Part shown: piece after piece, positions 11,701 to 20,939 of the stretch
Numbering within the stretch: position 1 is the stretch's first letter
Layout: each line of letters begins with the position of its first letter
NCBI GenBank assembly: GCA_965230295.1
Contig: OZ246001.1
Location: forward strand, 416,001 to 480,000
Direction of reading: 5' to 3'
DNA: 64,000 nucleotides
Origin: Marinicella sp.
Lineage (GTDB): Bacteria > Pseudomonadota > Gammaproteobacteria > Xanthomonadales > Marinicellaceae
Notes under the pieces: generated by a model
What the model was told of the DNA's origin: nothing
What the model saw: only the letters and a program-made list of their open reading frames with translations
Databases searched by the model: none
Program-made: the position numbers and the translations under genes

Positions 11701-12729
11701 TTACTCTTTATCCAGTATTTTTATTAATTTTTCTGCAATTTGCACGCTGTTTAATGCTGCGCCTTTGCGGATGTTATCAGACACAATCCATAGATTAAGC
11801 CCTTTTTCATAGGAGATGTCCTCACGAATTCTGCCTACATAAACAGGGTCATTTCCTGCTGAATTGACTGCAGGTGAAGGGTATTTAAGCTGCTTAGGCT
11901 CATCAAGCAATGTCACACCCTCGGCTTCTTGCATCAATTGTTTAACCTCTTGGGCAGTGATTTTTTCTTTGGTTTCAATATGAACCGCTTCCGCATGCCC
12001 ATAGAATACGGGCACCCGAACACATGTTGGGTTCACCAAAATACTTCGATCATCCAGAATTTTTTGGGTTTCCCATACCATTTTCATCTCTTCTCTGGTG
12101 TAATCATTGTCTTGAAATTGATCAATGTGAGGGATTACATTGAATGCAATTTGTTGAGAAAAGGCATTGATCTGTAATGGCTTGAAATTCAACAAAGATC
12201 TGGTCTGATCGGACAATTCAGTGATGCCTTTGTTACCTGCTCCCGAAACAGATTGGTAAGTGGCCACATTGATCCGCTCGATACCCACTTTTTCATGAAT
12301 CGGCGCCAAAGCCACCATCATTTGTATGGTAGAACAATTCGGATTGGCAATGATGTATGTGTTGGTATAATCCTTGATCGCTTCCGGGTTAACTTCAGGA
12401 ACCACCAAAGGCACATCTTCTTCGTTTCTGAAGTACGATGTGTTGTCAATCACAACACACTTGTTATCTGCGGCTTTGGGCGCAAATTCAGCCGATATAC
12501 TGCCACCTGCCGAAAACAAGGCTATATCGGCTTTGGCAAAATCAAAATTTGCCAAATCACCAATTTGAACCTGTTTTTTATTGAAATCTATCATTTCACC
12601 CGCACTGCGTTCACTGGCCAATGGGTACAGGTTCTCGATAGGGAAATCCCTTTCTTCAAGGATTTCTAACATGGTTTTGCCGACAGCACCTGTGGCGCCG
12701 ACTACTGCAACGTTGTATTTTTTACTCAT
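11701..12729 (-). CDS. asd: Aspartate-semialdehyde dehydrogenase
   Basis: Motifs VAVVGATGAVG, IANPNCSTIQ, TYQSVSGAG, CVRVPVFYGH and DNIRKGAALN. Confidence 0.97.
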   Translation of the reverse strand: MSKKYNVAVVGATGAVGKTMLEILEERDFPIENLYPLASERSAGEMIDFNKKQVQIGDLANFDFAKADIALFSAGGSISAEFAPKAADNKCVVIDNTSYFRNEEDVPLVVPEVNPEAIKDYTNTYIIANPNCSTIQMMVALAPIHEKVGIERINVATYQSVSGAGNKGITELSDQTRSLLNFKPLQINAFSQQIAFNVIPHIDQFQDNDYTREEMKMVWETQKILDDRSILVNPTCVRVPVFYGHAEAVHIETKEKITAQEVKQLMQEAEGVTLLDEPKQLKYPSPAVNSAGNDPVYVGRIREDISYEKGLNLWIVSDNIRKGAALNSVQIAEKLIKILDKE

Positions 12730-12750
12730 TTTCTTGGTTGTTATTTTTAA

Positions 12751-13815
12751 TTATTCTGATTGGGTTTGTGCCTGGTGCCGCATGATATGGTCCATGATCA
12801 CCAGTGCCATCATAGATTCAACTATAGGTGTGGCCCTGATACCTACACAAGGATCGTGCCTGCCTTTGGTCACCACCTCAATGGCATTGCCTTCAATGTC
12901 TATACTTTTGCCAGGAATTCGCAGTGATGAGGTGGGTTTGAATGCCACGCTTACTGTGATGTCCTGCCCGGTTGATACACCAGCCAAAATGCCTCCTGCA
13001 TGGTTACTGGTGAATTCACCATCAACGATTTCATCTCGATGGACGGTACCATTTTGTGCCACTGAAGCGAAGCCGGCACCGATTTCGACCCCTTTGGTGG
13101 CATTGATGCTCATCATGGCTAAGGCCAGTTCAGCATCTAACTTTCCATACACCGGCTCACCTAAACCGGCCGGCACATTAACTGCTTTGGCATTGATTCG
13201 AGCGCCAACTGAGTCCCCAAACTTACGCAGTGCATCCATGTAAGCATCCAATTCAGGTACCCGATCAATGGCACCGGTAAAAAACGGGCTGTCATCTACC
13301 CGACTTAAATCGCCAGCTGGTAAATCAATGTCGCCCAATTGAGCCAGCCAGGCGACAATTTCAATGTCATGATGAAGTTTTAACCATTTGCGTGCCAATG
13401 CGCCTGCAGCCACTCGCATGGTGGTTTCGCGAGCAGAAGAACGGCCACCACCACGGTAATCCCTGACTCCATACTTTTTCCAATATGAATAATCAGCATG
13501 ACCTGGCCTGATTTGTTTAGCGATTTCAGTGTAGTCTTTACTTCTGGCATCGGTGTTCTCAATGATCAAAGCAATCGGATGTCCTGTGGTAACCCCTTCA
13601 AACACACCAGATACAATTTGCACATCATCTTGTTCCTTGCGTTGAGAAGTGTGACGAGAACGCCCTGTGGCCCGACGAATAAGCTCAGCCTTAATTTCAT
13701 CTGCACAGATTGGCATCCCGGGTGGAAAACCATCCAAAACACATCCTATGGTCGAACCATGAGACTCACCGAATGAAGTAAAACGCAGTACTTTACCAAA
13801 TGTATTATGCGACAT
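12751..13815 (-). CDS. aroC: Chorismate synthase
   Basis: Motifs [32 protein letters not shown] and GRHDPCV. Confidence 0.97.
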   Translation of the reverse strand: MSHNTFGKVLRFTSFGESHGSTIGCVLDGFPPGMPICADEIKAELIRRATGRSRHTSQRKEQDDVQIVSGVFEGVTTGHPIALIIENTDARSKDYTEIAKQIRPGHADYSYWKKYGVRDYRGGGRSSARETTMRVAAGALARKWLKLHHDIEIVAWLAQLGDIDLPAGDLSRVDDSPFFTGAIDRVPELDAYMDALRKFGDSVGARINAKAVNVPAGLGEPVYGKLDAELALAMMSINATKGVEIGAGFASVAQNGTVHRDEIVDGEFTSNHAGGILAGVSTGQDITVSVAFKPTSSLRIPGKSIDIEGNAIEVVTKGRHDPCVGIRATPIVESMMALVIMDHIMRHQAQTQSE

Positions 13816-14716
13816 GGGTTGCTAAAAACTCCTTGAATTCAGACCGGTACTTTAACAAATCACGACGACTAAAAACACATATTCCTTGTCCTCCCAGAGA
13901 GAAATCAATCCATTCGAAGTGCACTTCAGGCAAACAATGGCTCAAAACTTCATCGTTGTACCCCACCTCCAGAAATAAATAGCCATCTTCAGATAAATAT
14001 TCCGGGGCCTGTAGCAGGATGTTTACCGGCAACTCCATGCCCTGAATGTGACTGACCAAAGCCATTTTGGGTTCATGCATAAATTCAGTGGGTAATGACT
14101 GGTATTCCTCTTCGGCCACATAGGGTGGATTGGTTACGATCAAGTCAAAGCAGCCATCTACATCAGTCAATAAGTCAGAGTTCACACAGGTAACACTTTG
14201 TTCAAGTTGTAACATCGAGGTGTTTTCGGCTGCCAACGCCAATGCATCTTGACTCAAATCAACCAGGGTCAGTGTTGATTGGGGGAAATAGTGAGCAATG
14301 GCCAGGCCAATACAACCACAACCGGTGCACAGGTCCATGACCCTGATCTCTTCACTCATATCAACCCAGGGTGCAAAGCCGTCATCAATCAATTCGGCAA
14401 AGGGAGACCGGGGTATCAATGCCCGGGGGTCTATTTTGAATGTCAGGCCGGCAAATACTGAAAAACCAACCAAATAAGCCATAGGTATCTTTTCTGTGAC
14501 CCGTTGTTTTAACAGCTGCTCAATGAGCTTTGATTGTGAATCAGTCAACATCCGTTCTGATGATTGGTTCAAAGTGAGAAAGTCAACATCAAGAACGTAC
14601 ATTAACAGCAGCAAGACTTCATCTTCAGCCATGGCCACACCATGCCCAAAAAACACATCTTGTTCAGATAAAAGTGCGATCGACCGATTGAAAATCTCTT
14701 GTACTGAGGAGGCCAC
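13805..14716 (-). CDS. prmB: 50S ribosomal protein L3 N(5)-glutamine methyltransferase
   Basis: Motifs [31 protein letters not shown] and HEP; directly upstream of aroC. Confidence 0.93.
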   Translation of the reverse strand: MASSVQEIFNRSIALLSEQDVFFGHGVAMAEDEVLLLLMYVLDVDFLTLNQSSERMLTDSQSKLIEQLLKQRVTEKIPMAYLVGFSVFAGLTFKIDPRALIPRSPFAELIDDGFAPWVDMSEEIRVMDLCTGCGCIGLAIAHYFPQSTLTLVDLSQDALALAAENTSMLQLEQSVTCVNSDLLTDVDGCFDLIVTNPPYVAEEEYQSLPTEFMHEPKMALVSHIQGMELPVNILLQAPEYLSEDGYLFLEVGYNDEVLSHCLPEVHFEWIDFSLGGQGICVFSRRDLLKYRSEFKEFLATHVA

Positions 14717-14788
14717 TTATTTAACCCAAAGTAAAAAAGTTATACAATGCCTGTTTTTATGAACCAGGTCAACGCTTAAAACACCTTT

Positions 14789-15412
14789 ATGAAGAAACAT
14801 TATAAAAGCAATATCTTGATGGTCCTTACTTTATTATTGCTCCTGGCAGGGTGCGACCAGAAAGACAACACCAATCAAGTAAAACAAACTTATCAGGCCT
14901 TAAAAATGTTCCCTGAAGGAAAACCTTTTTCCGGCTTCACGTTGACCAGCCAACATGGTACACCTTGGGATGCCAATTCATTCAAAGGTAAATACTCAGT
15001 GGTTTTCTTTGGCTTTGCCAATTGCCCGGATATTTGCCCAACCACATTGTTGGACATGCAGAAGATAGACAAACAACTCAAAGCAGAGAACATCAACAGC
15101 CCAAACTTTGTCTTTATCTCAGTTGATCCTGACCGTGACACACCTGAATCCTTGAATGAGTACATCAATTTCTTCAACCCTGAATTCTATGCATTGACAG
15201 GTGATGCTGCCAATATCTTATCAATTGCCACACAAATTGGTGTGGCCTACAAAGTCGCAGACCACCAACCTGGTGATTTAATCTATGATGTGGACCATGC
15301 ATCTGCCTTGTATGTGCTCAACCCTGCAGGTGAACGGATTGGCATTTTTACGGCACCACACGACATCAATCACATCACCCAAGATCTGAAAAAATTACTG
15401 GAAAACTCATGA
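14789..15412 (+). CDS. SCO-family copper chaperone lipoprotein
   Basis: Lipobox LAGC, FFGFANCPDICP (CxxxC), ISVDPDRDT and the VDH copper ligand. Confidence 0.92.
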   Translation: MKKHYKSNILMVLTLLLLLAGCDQKDNTNQVKQTYQALKMFPEGKPFSGFTLTSQHGTPWDANSFKGKYSVVFFGFANCPDICPTTLLDMQKIDKQLKAENINSPNFVFISVDPDRDTPESLNEYINFFNPEFYALTGDAANILSIATQIGVAYKVADHQPGDLIYDVDHASALYVLNPAGERIGIFTAPHDINHITQDLKKLLENS

Positions 15413-16248
15413 AATCGATTGCCTTGTTCTTTCAATACATACTGCCTCACAGATTGTTATCTCGATTGATGTATCACTTGATGCGCATTCGCAACAAACC
15501 CATCAAGCACTTCACACTCAATCAAATGATTAAAAAATTCAACATCAACATGGATGAAGCAGTTTCGAAAGATTTCAATGACTATGAACACTTTAATGCC
15601 TTTTTCACCCGAGCATTGAAACCAGGAGTTAGGCCCATTGATGGCATGGCAGACAGCTTGGTGTCTCCTGTTGATGGCGTGATCTCCCAAATGGGAGACA
15701 TTGATCATGATTTGATCCTTCAAGCCAAAGGACACCATTACACCTTGAATGATTTATTGGCGTCTGAGATGACTGAAGACTTTAACGATGGTCATTTCAT
15801 GACCATTTACCTGTCACCCAAAGATTATCACCGCCTACATGCTCCACTGGATTGTGAAATCAAAACCATGAGGCACGTCCCTGGCCGGCTATTCAGTGTG
15901 GCTGACTGGACCACTCAAAAGATTCCCAGATTATTTGCCCGCAATGAACGGTTGATCAATCATTTGCATACACCGTTTGGCAAAGTAGCCTATGTTTATG
16001 TAGGAGCTATTTTGGTCTCCAGCATGGAAACGGTTTGTAATGGCGTTATCACCCCCCCTTATGCAAGCCAAGTCACAGATGTCCTGGTTGAAGGTAAAAG
16101 CAAATACCGCAAAGGTGAAGAAATGGGCCGATTCAATATGGGTTCAACAGTCATCCTGCTGCTTCCCAAAAACTCAGTTTCTTTCAACCCTGAACTGAAA
16201 GCAGGTTCTGAGCTTAAATTAGGACAAAAAATTGGCACTTTAATGTGA
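15409..16248 (+). CDS. psd: Phosphatidylserine decarboxylase proenzyme
   Basis: Motifs FNAFFTRALK, SPVDG, YLSPKDYHR, RNER and the autocleavage site FNMGSTVILL. Confidence 0.95.
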   Translation: MKSIALFFQYILPHRLLSRLMYHLMRIRNKPIKHFTLNQMIKKFNINMDEAVSKDFNDYEHFNAFFTRALKPGVRPIDGMADSLVSPVDGVISQMGDIDHDLILQAKGHHYTLNDLLASEMTEDFNDGHFMTIYLSPKDYHRLHAPLDCEIKTMRHVPGRLFSVADWTTQKIPRLFARNERLINHLHTPFGKVAYVYVGAILVSSMETVCNGVITPPYASQVTDVLVEGKSKYRKGEEMGRFNMGSTVILLLPKNSVSFNPELKAGSELKLGQKIGTLM

Positions 16249-16279
16249 ATTATTAAGTCCAACTGCGGTCAATCATGAT

Positions 16280-17029
16280 ATGAAAAAAATAATCTTGTAC
16301 ATCCATACTTGCTTACTGTTATTAGTAACGATTTCACCTGCTTTGGCACAAACCCAGTCAGATGTCCTGTTACCAGAAGCCAATCGTGATTTCGATTTTG
16401 ATTACGAAACCCTAGACCCCATAAAGTTCAATTCTTTTGCTGAGGCCGCTGCATGGGCAGATGTGGTTGCCATTGCACAGGTATTGAATGTTGATTATGA
16501 GCAAACCCGTGAGATCAATGCCAAAGGTCAGGCCTTTTTGACAGTTCGTGTTCCCTATAAAGGCGTACAAAAAGATGAATTCTTGATCGTCAGCAGCAAA
16601 GGTTTTGATGAACATGTTTGTTATTATCCCAATCGCGAAGGTGAAGGAGAACGCTTTTTGGTGTTTCTCAAAAAATCCAAAAATTCAGGTGAATACCATG
16701 GATTCAAACCGATGTGTCAGTTGCAAGTCTTGCTCACCGATACCGGCGAGTATGCTTTGCGCTACCCTTACAACACCCACATTGACTTGGATGAAGGGTT
16801 GGTCAGAGACATTCAATTCAATGACCCACATGCCAGAATTGACGCCACTGAATGGACCGGGTTGCGTCGTGAAGAACACCAAAAAACCTATGCCAGCACG
16901 TTGACTGAAGAAAGTGATTTGTTTCAAAAATACTTTTATCTGACCTACACAAAAGGGGTGATGATTTATGAAATCAGAAAGTTGTTGAACATAAAGACCA
17001 AACAACGCATCAGCTCCAAGCAAATGTAA
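16280..17029 (+). CDS. Hypothetical secreted protein
   Basis: Signal peptide ending ALA; 249 aa; ADVVAIAQV...RFLVFLK weakly resembles NTR/TIMP-like OB folds. Confidence 0.7.
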   Translation: MKKIILYIHTCLLLLVTISPALAQTQSDVLLPEANRDFDFDYETLDPIKFNSFAEAAAWADVVAIAQVLNVDYEQTREINAKGQAFLTVRVPYKGVQKDEFLIVSSKGFDEHVCYYPNREGEGERFLVFLKKSKNSGEYHGFKPMCQLQVLLTDTGEYALRYPYNTHIDLDEGLVRDIQFNDPHARIDATEWTGLRREEHQKTYASTLTEESDLFQKYFYLTYTKGVMIYEIRKLLNIKTKQRISSKQM

Positions 17030-17172
17030 AGACTTCGCTTATTTCAAGGCTGATTCAATTCATCCATACCCAAAACACCGCCAGATGGCCGCGGTTTAAA
17101 CCGATGATTATCTGTAACCATTGATTCCAGCGGTACAAAAAACAATCAACCTTCCAAAACAGTGGCGATGAA

Positions 17173-18822
17173 TCATTCTGCCATATCAGATAAGGTCTCA
17201 CATAAGGCAACGTTTTCAGCTGTTGGCCTGGTCAAAGGCACCTCACCTGCAAGGTTCAGCGCAGGGATTTCATATTTCATTTGGGCATTCAAACAGTCGC
17301 TGAAGGTCAAAATCATGGTGCCGTACGCAGAAGATACAACTGGTGTAGGGTCATCAAAAATACCGCCTGTGGTTAAAATCAATGTTAATTCAACCTCGTT
17401 ACCATCAATGGGCCCGATACCAGTTAGCCACCGGTGATTGGCATCACCCAATGTGGCACTGTTACCACCTGAACTGGCCGTCACATCGAAAGTGAAAAAG
17501 CCAATAAATACGTTACCTTGTGATGGAAAAACATTGACAAAAATACCTTGGCCTGATGTGGCCGGATTAAACCAAGCGCCGTTCATACCTGAATTAATTT
17601 TTACTGGGTCGGGCTGTTTCTCCACCTCGCCTGACACCACATAAACAAGGTTTCCATTGGCTGCTGTTATCAAATAGTCATCCTTGTTATCACCATCAAC
17701 GTCACCAATTCCCACAGCATCAAATCCCAATTGGCTTGAAACAATTGTATGTTGCATCGTCTGTAACACAGCACCATCTTTTCCGGAAATAACCTCAACC
17801 TTACCTGCTTGGTTTGGACTTGCGGTATAAAAACCCACTATGACATCGGCAAACCCGTCATTATTAACATCTCCCGCATAACGACCTGGTCCTGCCCCTT
17901 CACCTGCAGATCCACTGATTCTGTGTATGACCTGTTGATCTGTACCAGAAAAAACATACACCCTACCGGAACCACCAGCATGGTTATAGTCTCCAACGTA
18001 TATATCTTCAGTACCATCTGCATTGACATCACCTGCATTGGCCACAAAAAACTGTCCAAATACATTGGCACCACTGTCAGGGTTTAAAGCAAAAAGAAAG
18101 TTGCCATCAATCCCTGAATACACATAGGCTTTACCACCTTGACCGGCATTATAGGCACCAACAATATGTTCTTTAACCGTGTCATTGTTCAAATCTCCCA
18201 GCAAGGCCACACCACCACCAAAGCGATCTTGTGCCGATTCAGCTTCTAAAGTACGAATCAGTTGTCCACTGGCTCCTGAATATATATAAACACGCCCTGA
18301 CAGCGTACCTTGAGAGCCATTGCTTTCAGCACCAACCATGAAATCGCTGTTGCCATCATTGTTAACATCTCCTGCTGATGACACGGCAGCACCAAATCTA
18401 TCGCCTGTATTTTCTCCATTGAGGCGCCAAATTTCGTTGCCAGTTGCACCAGAATAGACAATGGCTATTCCAGTTGAATTACTGAACAAAGTACCACCTG
18501 CGATGATGTCATTGACACCATCGGCATCAACATCACCTGCATCAGCAACGGCATAGCCTAAACTGCTGTTAGCCAAGCTGAATGTATGTAACAACGACCC
18601 ATCGGCTCCTGAATATACGGTGACGGTACTGGTCCCAGTTGAACTGACCACATAATCTGTAATTCCATCACCGGTGATGTCTGTCAGATCGGCCACAGCC
18701 CAACCAAATAAACCACTGCCAGTTTTTTGTTGTAAAACCTGTGTATTGCCTTGAAATTGGGCGCTCACGCCAGTACCCAATAAAAAAGTAAGAATGAAGG
18801 CAAACTGAATCAATTTTTTCAC
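17173..18822 (-). CDS. Secreted FG-GAP (integrin-alpha-like) beta-propeller protein with a C-terminal WFxP-G-G beta module
   Basis: About seven FG-GAP blades with Ca-binding loops (DITGDG, DVDADG, DVNNDG, DVDGDN). GTG at 18822 with AGGAG upstream gives a clean signal peptide (MKKLIQFAFILTFLLGTGVSA). Confidence 0.88.
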   Translation of the reverse strand: MKKLIQFAFILTFLLGTGVSAQFQGNTQVLQQKTGSGLFGWAVADLTDITGDGITDYVVSSTGTSTVTVYSGADGSLLHTFSLANSSLGYAVADAGDVDADGVNDIIAGGTLFSNSTGIAIVYSGATGNEIWRLNGENTGDRFGAAVSSAGDVNNDGNSDFMVGAESNGSQGTLSGRVYIYSGASGQLIRTLEAESAQDRFGGGVALLGDLNNDTVKEHIVGAYNAGQGGKAYVYSGIDGNFLFALNPDSGANVFGQFFVANAGDVNADGTEDIYVGDYNHAGGSGRVYVFSGTDQQVIHRISGSAGEGAGPGRYAGDVNNDGFADVIVGFYTASPNQAGKVEVISGKDGAVLQTMQHTIVSSQLGFDAVGIGDVDGDNKDDYLITAANGNLVYVVSGEVEKQPDPVKINSGMNGAWFNPATSGQGIFVNVFPSQGNVFIGFFTFDVTASSGGNSATLGDANHRWLTGIGPIDGNEVELTLILTTGGIFDDPTPVVSSAYGTMILTFSDCLNAQMKYEIPALNLAGEVPLTRPTAENVALCETLSDMAE

Positions 18823-18999
18823 TGCGTATTTCTCCTGGTAACTTATGTTTAAGACATGAGGCATCAACTTTATGAAGCCATGTGTGACCTCAAAACCCAA
18901 TCTACTAAAGATACTATAGTTCAGACCCTAAACACAGTCAATTCATTTCATAAACTTGCTTCCTTGGCTTTTTGATACTTCAGCGCCACCCCTAAGCCA

Positions 19000-19028
19000 T
19001 TGACTTAAACCGCATTTTCAGGTATGTT
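19000..19028 (+). promoter_or_regulatory. Sigma70-type promoter
   Basis: TTGACT-17 bp-TATGTT, about 70 bp upstream of the 19101 ATG. Confidence 0.55.
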
Positions 19029-19100
19029 AATTAAACGTCAACCCTACAACAGCTCGCTGAGTAAGCAATTCTCAGGGGGCGATTTAATAGGGGAAAATCA

Positions 19101-19868
19101 ATGAATAAAATCTATTCAATTCTACTTACTTTGTTGTTGATTCCTGCCTTGTGTGTGGCAGATGATCACGAAAAAAAACCTCAACTGATTGCTGATTCGT
19201 GGACAGTGGTTCCAAAAGCTGATCAAGGCGCTGAATTTGAGGAAGCACTGAAAGCCCACATGGCCAAACGTGTTGAAAATGGCGACCCGAGAGAGTGGCA
19301 TGTATATGTTCCTGTAACAGGCGGTGACTTAAACAGGTACGTTATCAGGTCTTGTTGTTTCCAATGGGCAGATCAAGACAGCTATGGTAAGTGGAGCCAG
19401 GAAAACATGGGCCAACACTGGAATGAGACGGTACACCCCCATGTGAAAAAATACATGCATAACTATTCTGAGCTGGATTCAGAGAACAGTCATTGGGGAG
19501 AGAACACCATAGCCAATTTTGTGGGTGTCACCATGTTTCATATCAAACCTGGTAAAAGCGGCAAAATGGGTGAGTCAATCGCTGCAATGAGCACTTTGGC
19601 TAAAGACAATGACTGGCCCAGAAACTGGTCATGGTTTTATCCCGTTGGTGGGCCTGCAGCAGTCGGTTTAGCGACTCCTTTTGAAAACTATGCTCAAATG
19701 GCACCTATGGAAGAAAATTTCTATCAATTTGCTAAAAAGCATTTGAAGTCAGAGAAAAAAGCCGACAAGATGTTTGATAAGTTTGGCTCAGCTCACAGCG
19801 GTGGTGAATACACCATTTGGCGACATCGAAAAGACTTCAATATGAAAAAAGAGGCCGCAGAAGAATAA
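19101..19868 (+). CDS. Secreted protein with two tandem NIPSNAP/dimeric alpha-beta-barrel-like domains
   Basis: Signal peptide; duplicated pattern VPKADQGAEFEEALKAH..WADQD / IKPGKSGKMGESIAAM..YAQM; GGGG-type SD; terminator downstream. Confidence 0.7.
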   Translation: MNKIYSILLTLLLIPALCVADDHEKKPQLIADSWTVVPKADQGAEFEEALKAHMAKRVENGDPREWHVYVPVTGGDLNRYVIRSCCFQWADQDSYGKWSQENMGQHWNETVHPHVKKYMHNYSELDSENSHWGENTIANFVGVTMFHIKPGKSGKMGESIAAMSTLAKDNDWPRNWSWFYPVGGPAAVGLATPFENYAQMAPMEENFYQFAKKHLKSEKKADKMFDKFGSAHSGGEYTIWRHRKDFNMKKEAAEE

Positions 19869-19886
19869 ATATGAACCAAAGACCAT

Positions 19887-19911
19887 AAAGGGGGCAATGC
19901 CCCCTTTTTTT
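19887..19911 (+). terminator. Intrinsic terminator
   Basis: AAAGGGGGC-AAT-GCCCCCTTTTTTT. Confidence 0.85.
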
Positions 19912-20021
19912 ATGCCCATTACAAAATTTCCAAGTATCACAATAAATCAAGACTTTGTTCACACTTTGTTAAGCTCTTTTTGTCTAACATGAAAATCCCA
20001 TAAACTTGAAAACGTAAAATT

Positions 20022-20663
20022 ATGAATAGAATGATATGGTCTCTATTAGGGGTGTTATTACTGACAGCATGTACGACAACAGACCCCTACACAGGTGAAC
20101 AAAAAGTGAGAAAAAGTGTGAAATATGGTGCTGCAGGTGCAGTGATTTGTGGTTTGATTGGAGCCACGAAAAATTCAAAAAATGCACGGAATGCAGCAGC
20201 TGGCTGTGCTGCGATTGGTGCTGGAGTAGGTGCCTATATGGACCACCAGGAAGCTGAACTTAGGCGAGAATTACAAGGCACTGGGGTGCAGGTGGTGCGA
20301 AACGGAGATCAAATTCAATTGATTATGCCCAGTAACATTACCTTTAATACCGACGAATATGCCATCAAAAGTAGTTTTTATCCCAGTCTAAATTCAGTAT
20401 CCAAAGTGTTATACAAATACAAAGACACTGAATTGGATGTGATTGGTCATACAGATTCAGTTGGTGAAGATGCCTACAATCGAGAACTTTCTTATAAACG
20501 CGCTTACAGTGTAGCGGACTACTTGCAAGCTCAGGGGGTTCAGGGCCGCAGGTTGTCGCCAATTGGACTGGGTGAGTCACAACCCATTGCTGACAACAAC
20601 ACCGAACAAGGCAGACGAATAAACAGGCGGGTTGAGCTGTATATTGCAGCACGCACCAACTGA
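20022..20663 (+). CDS. OmpA-family lipoprotein (YiaD-like)
   Basis: Lipobox LTAC, glycine zipper, GHTDSVG..YNRELSYKRA and GRRINRRVE. Confidence 0.93.
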   Translation: MNRMIWSLLGVLLLTACTTTDPYTGEQKVRKSVKYGAAGAVICGLIGATKNSKNARNAAAGCAAIGAGVGAYMDHQEAELRRELQGTGVQVVRNGDQIQLIMPSNITFNTDEYAIKSSFYPSLNSVSKVLYKYKDTELDVIGHTDSVGEDAYNRELSYKRAYSVADYLQAQGVQGRRLSPIGLGESQPIADNNTEQGRRINRRVELYIAARTN

Positions 20664-20676
20664 ACCTTGATTGCCA

Positions 20677-20882
20677 GGGCCTGTTAACAATTTTTTAAAT
20701 GGACTTGAATCACTTAGGAAAGCTGCTGAGCAGCTTAACCCGCCGAGCCGGTTGGTGAGCTTTGCGAATCAGAGACGAAGAGCGCGAGGTAGCAAGTCAT
20801 GTTCGCTGTGGTCGTTTTCACTTTTGTCAGGAACAAAAGTGAATGAAGCCCCAAGAACATTCCTTAATAATTAACCAGGCAC
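20677..20882. mobile_element. Degenerate MITE-like repeat, same family as 41870-42135
   Basis: Left end GGGCCTGTTAACA is identical to the intact copy; internal CGAAGAGCGC is shared; right end TTAACCAGGC is degenerate; perfect 11-bp hairpin at 20817-20843. Confidence 0.55.
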
Positions 20883-20922
20883 AAAAAAAGCTGGCATACT
20901 TGGGTCATGCCAGCTTTTTTTT
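20883..20922. terminator. Bidirectional intrinsic terminator
   Basis: AAAAAAAGCTGGCAT-ACTTGGGTC-ATGCCAGCTTTTTTTT between convergent genes. Confidence 0.85.
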
Positions 20923-20939
20923 ATGCCAACTTAAATGTG

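Noticed and set aside
17640-18720. Periodic similarity that might indicate a CRISPR or tandem array
   Set aside because: These are protein-level FG-GAP blades in one ORF, with no identical nucleotide repeats. I saw no CRISPR array or cas gene in the window.
20671-20874. 67-aa ORF
   Set aside because: Lies within the decayed MITE-like repeat; TTG start, no SD and no protein-like features.
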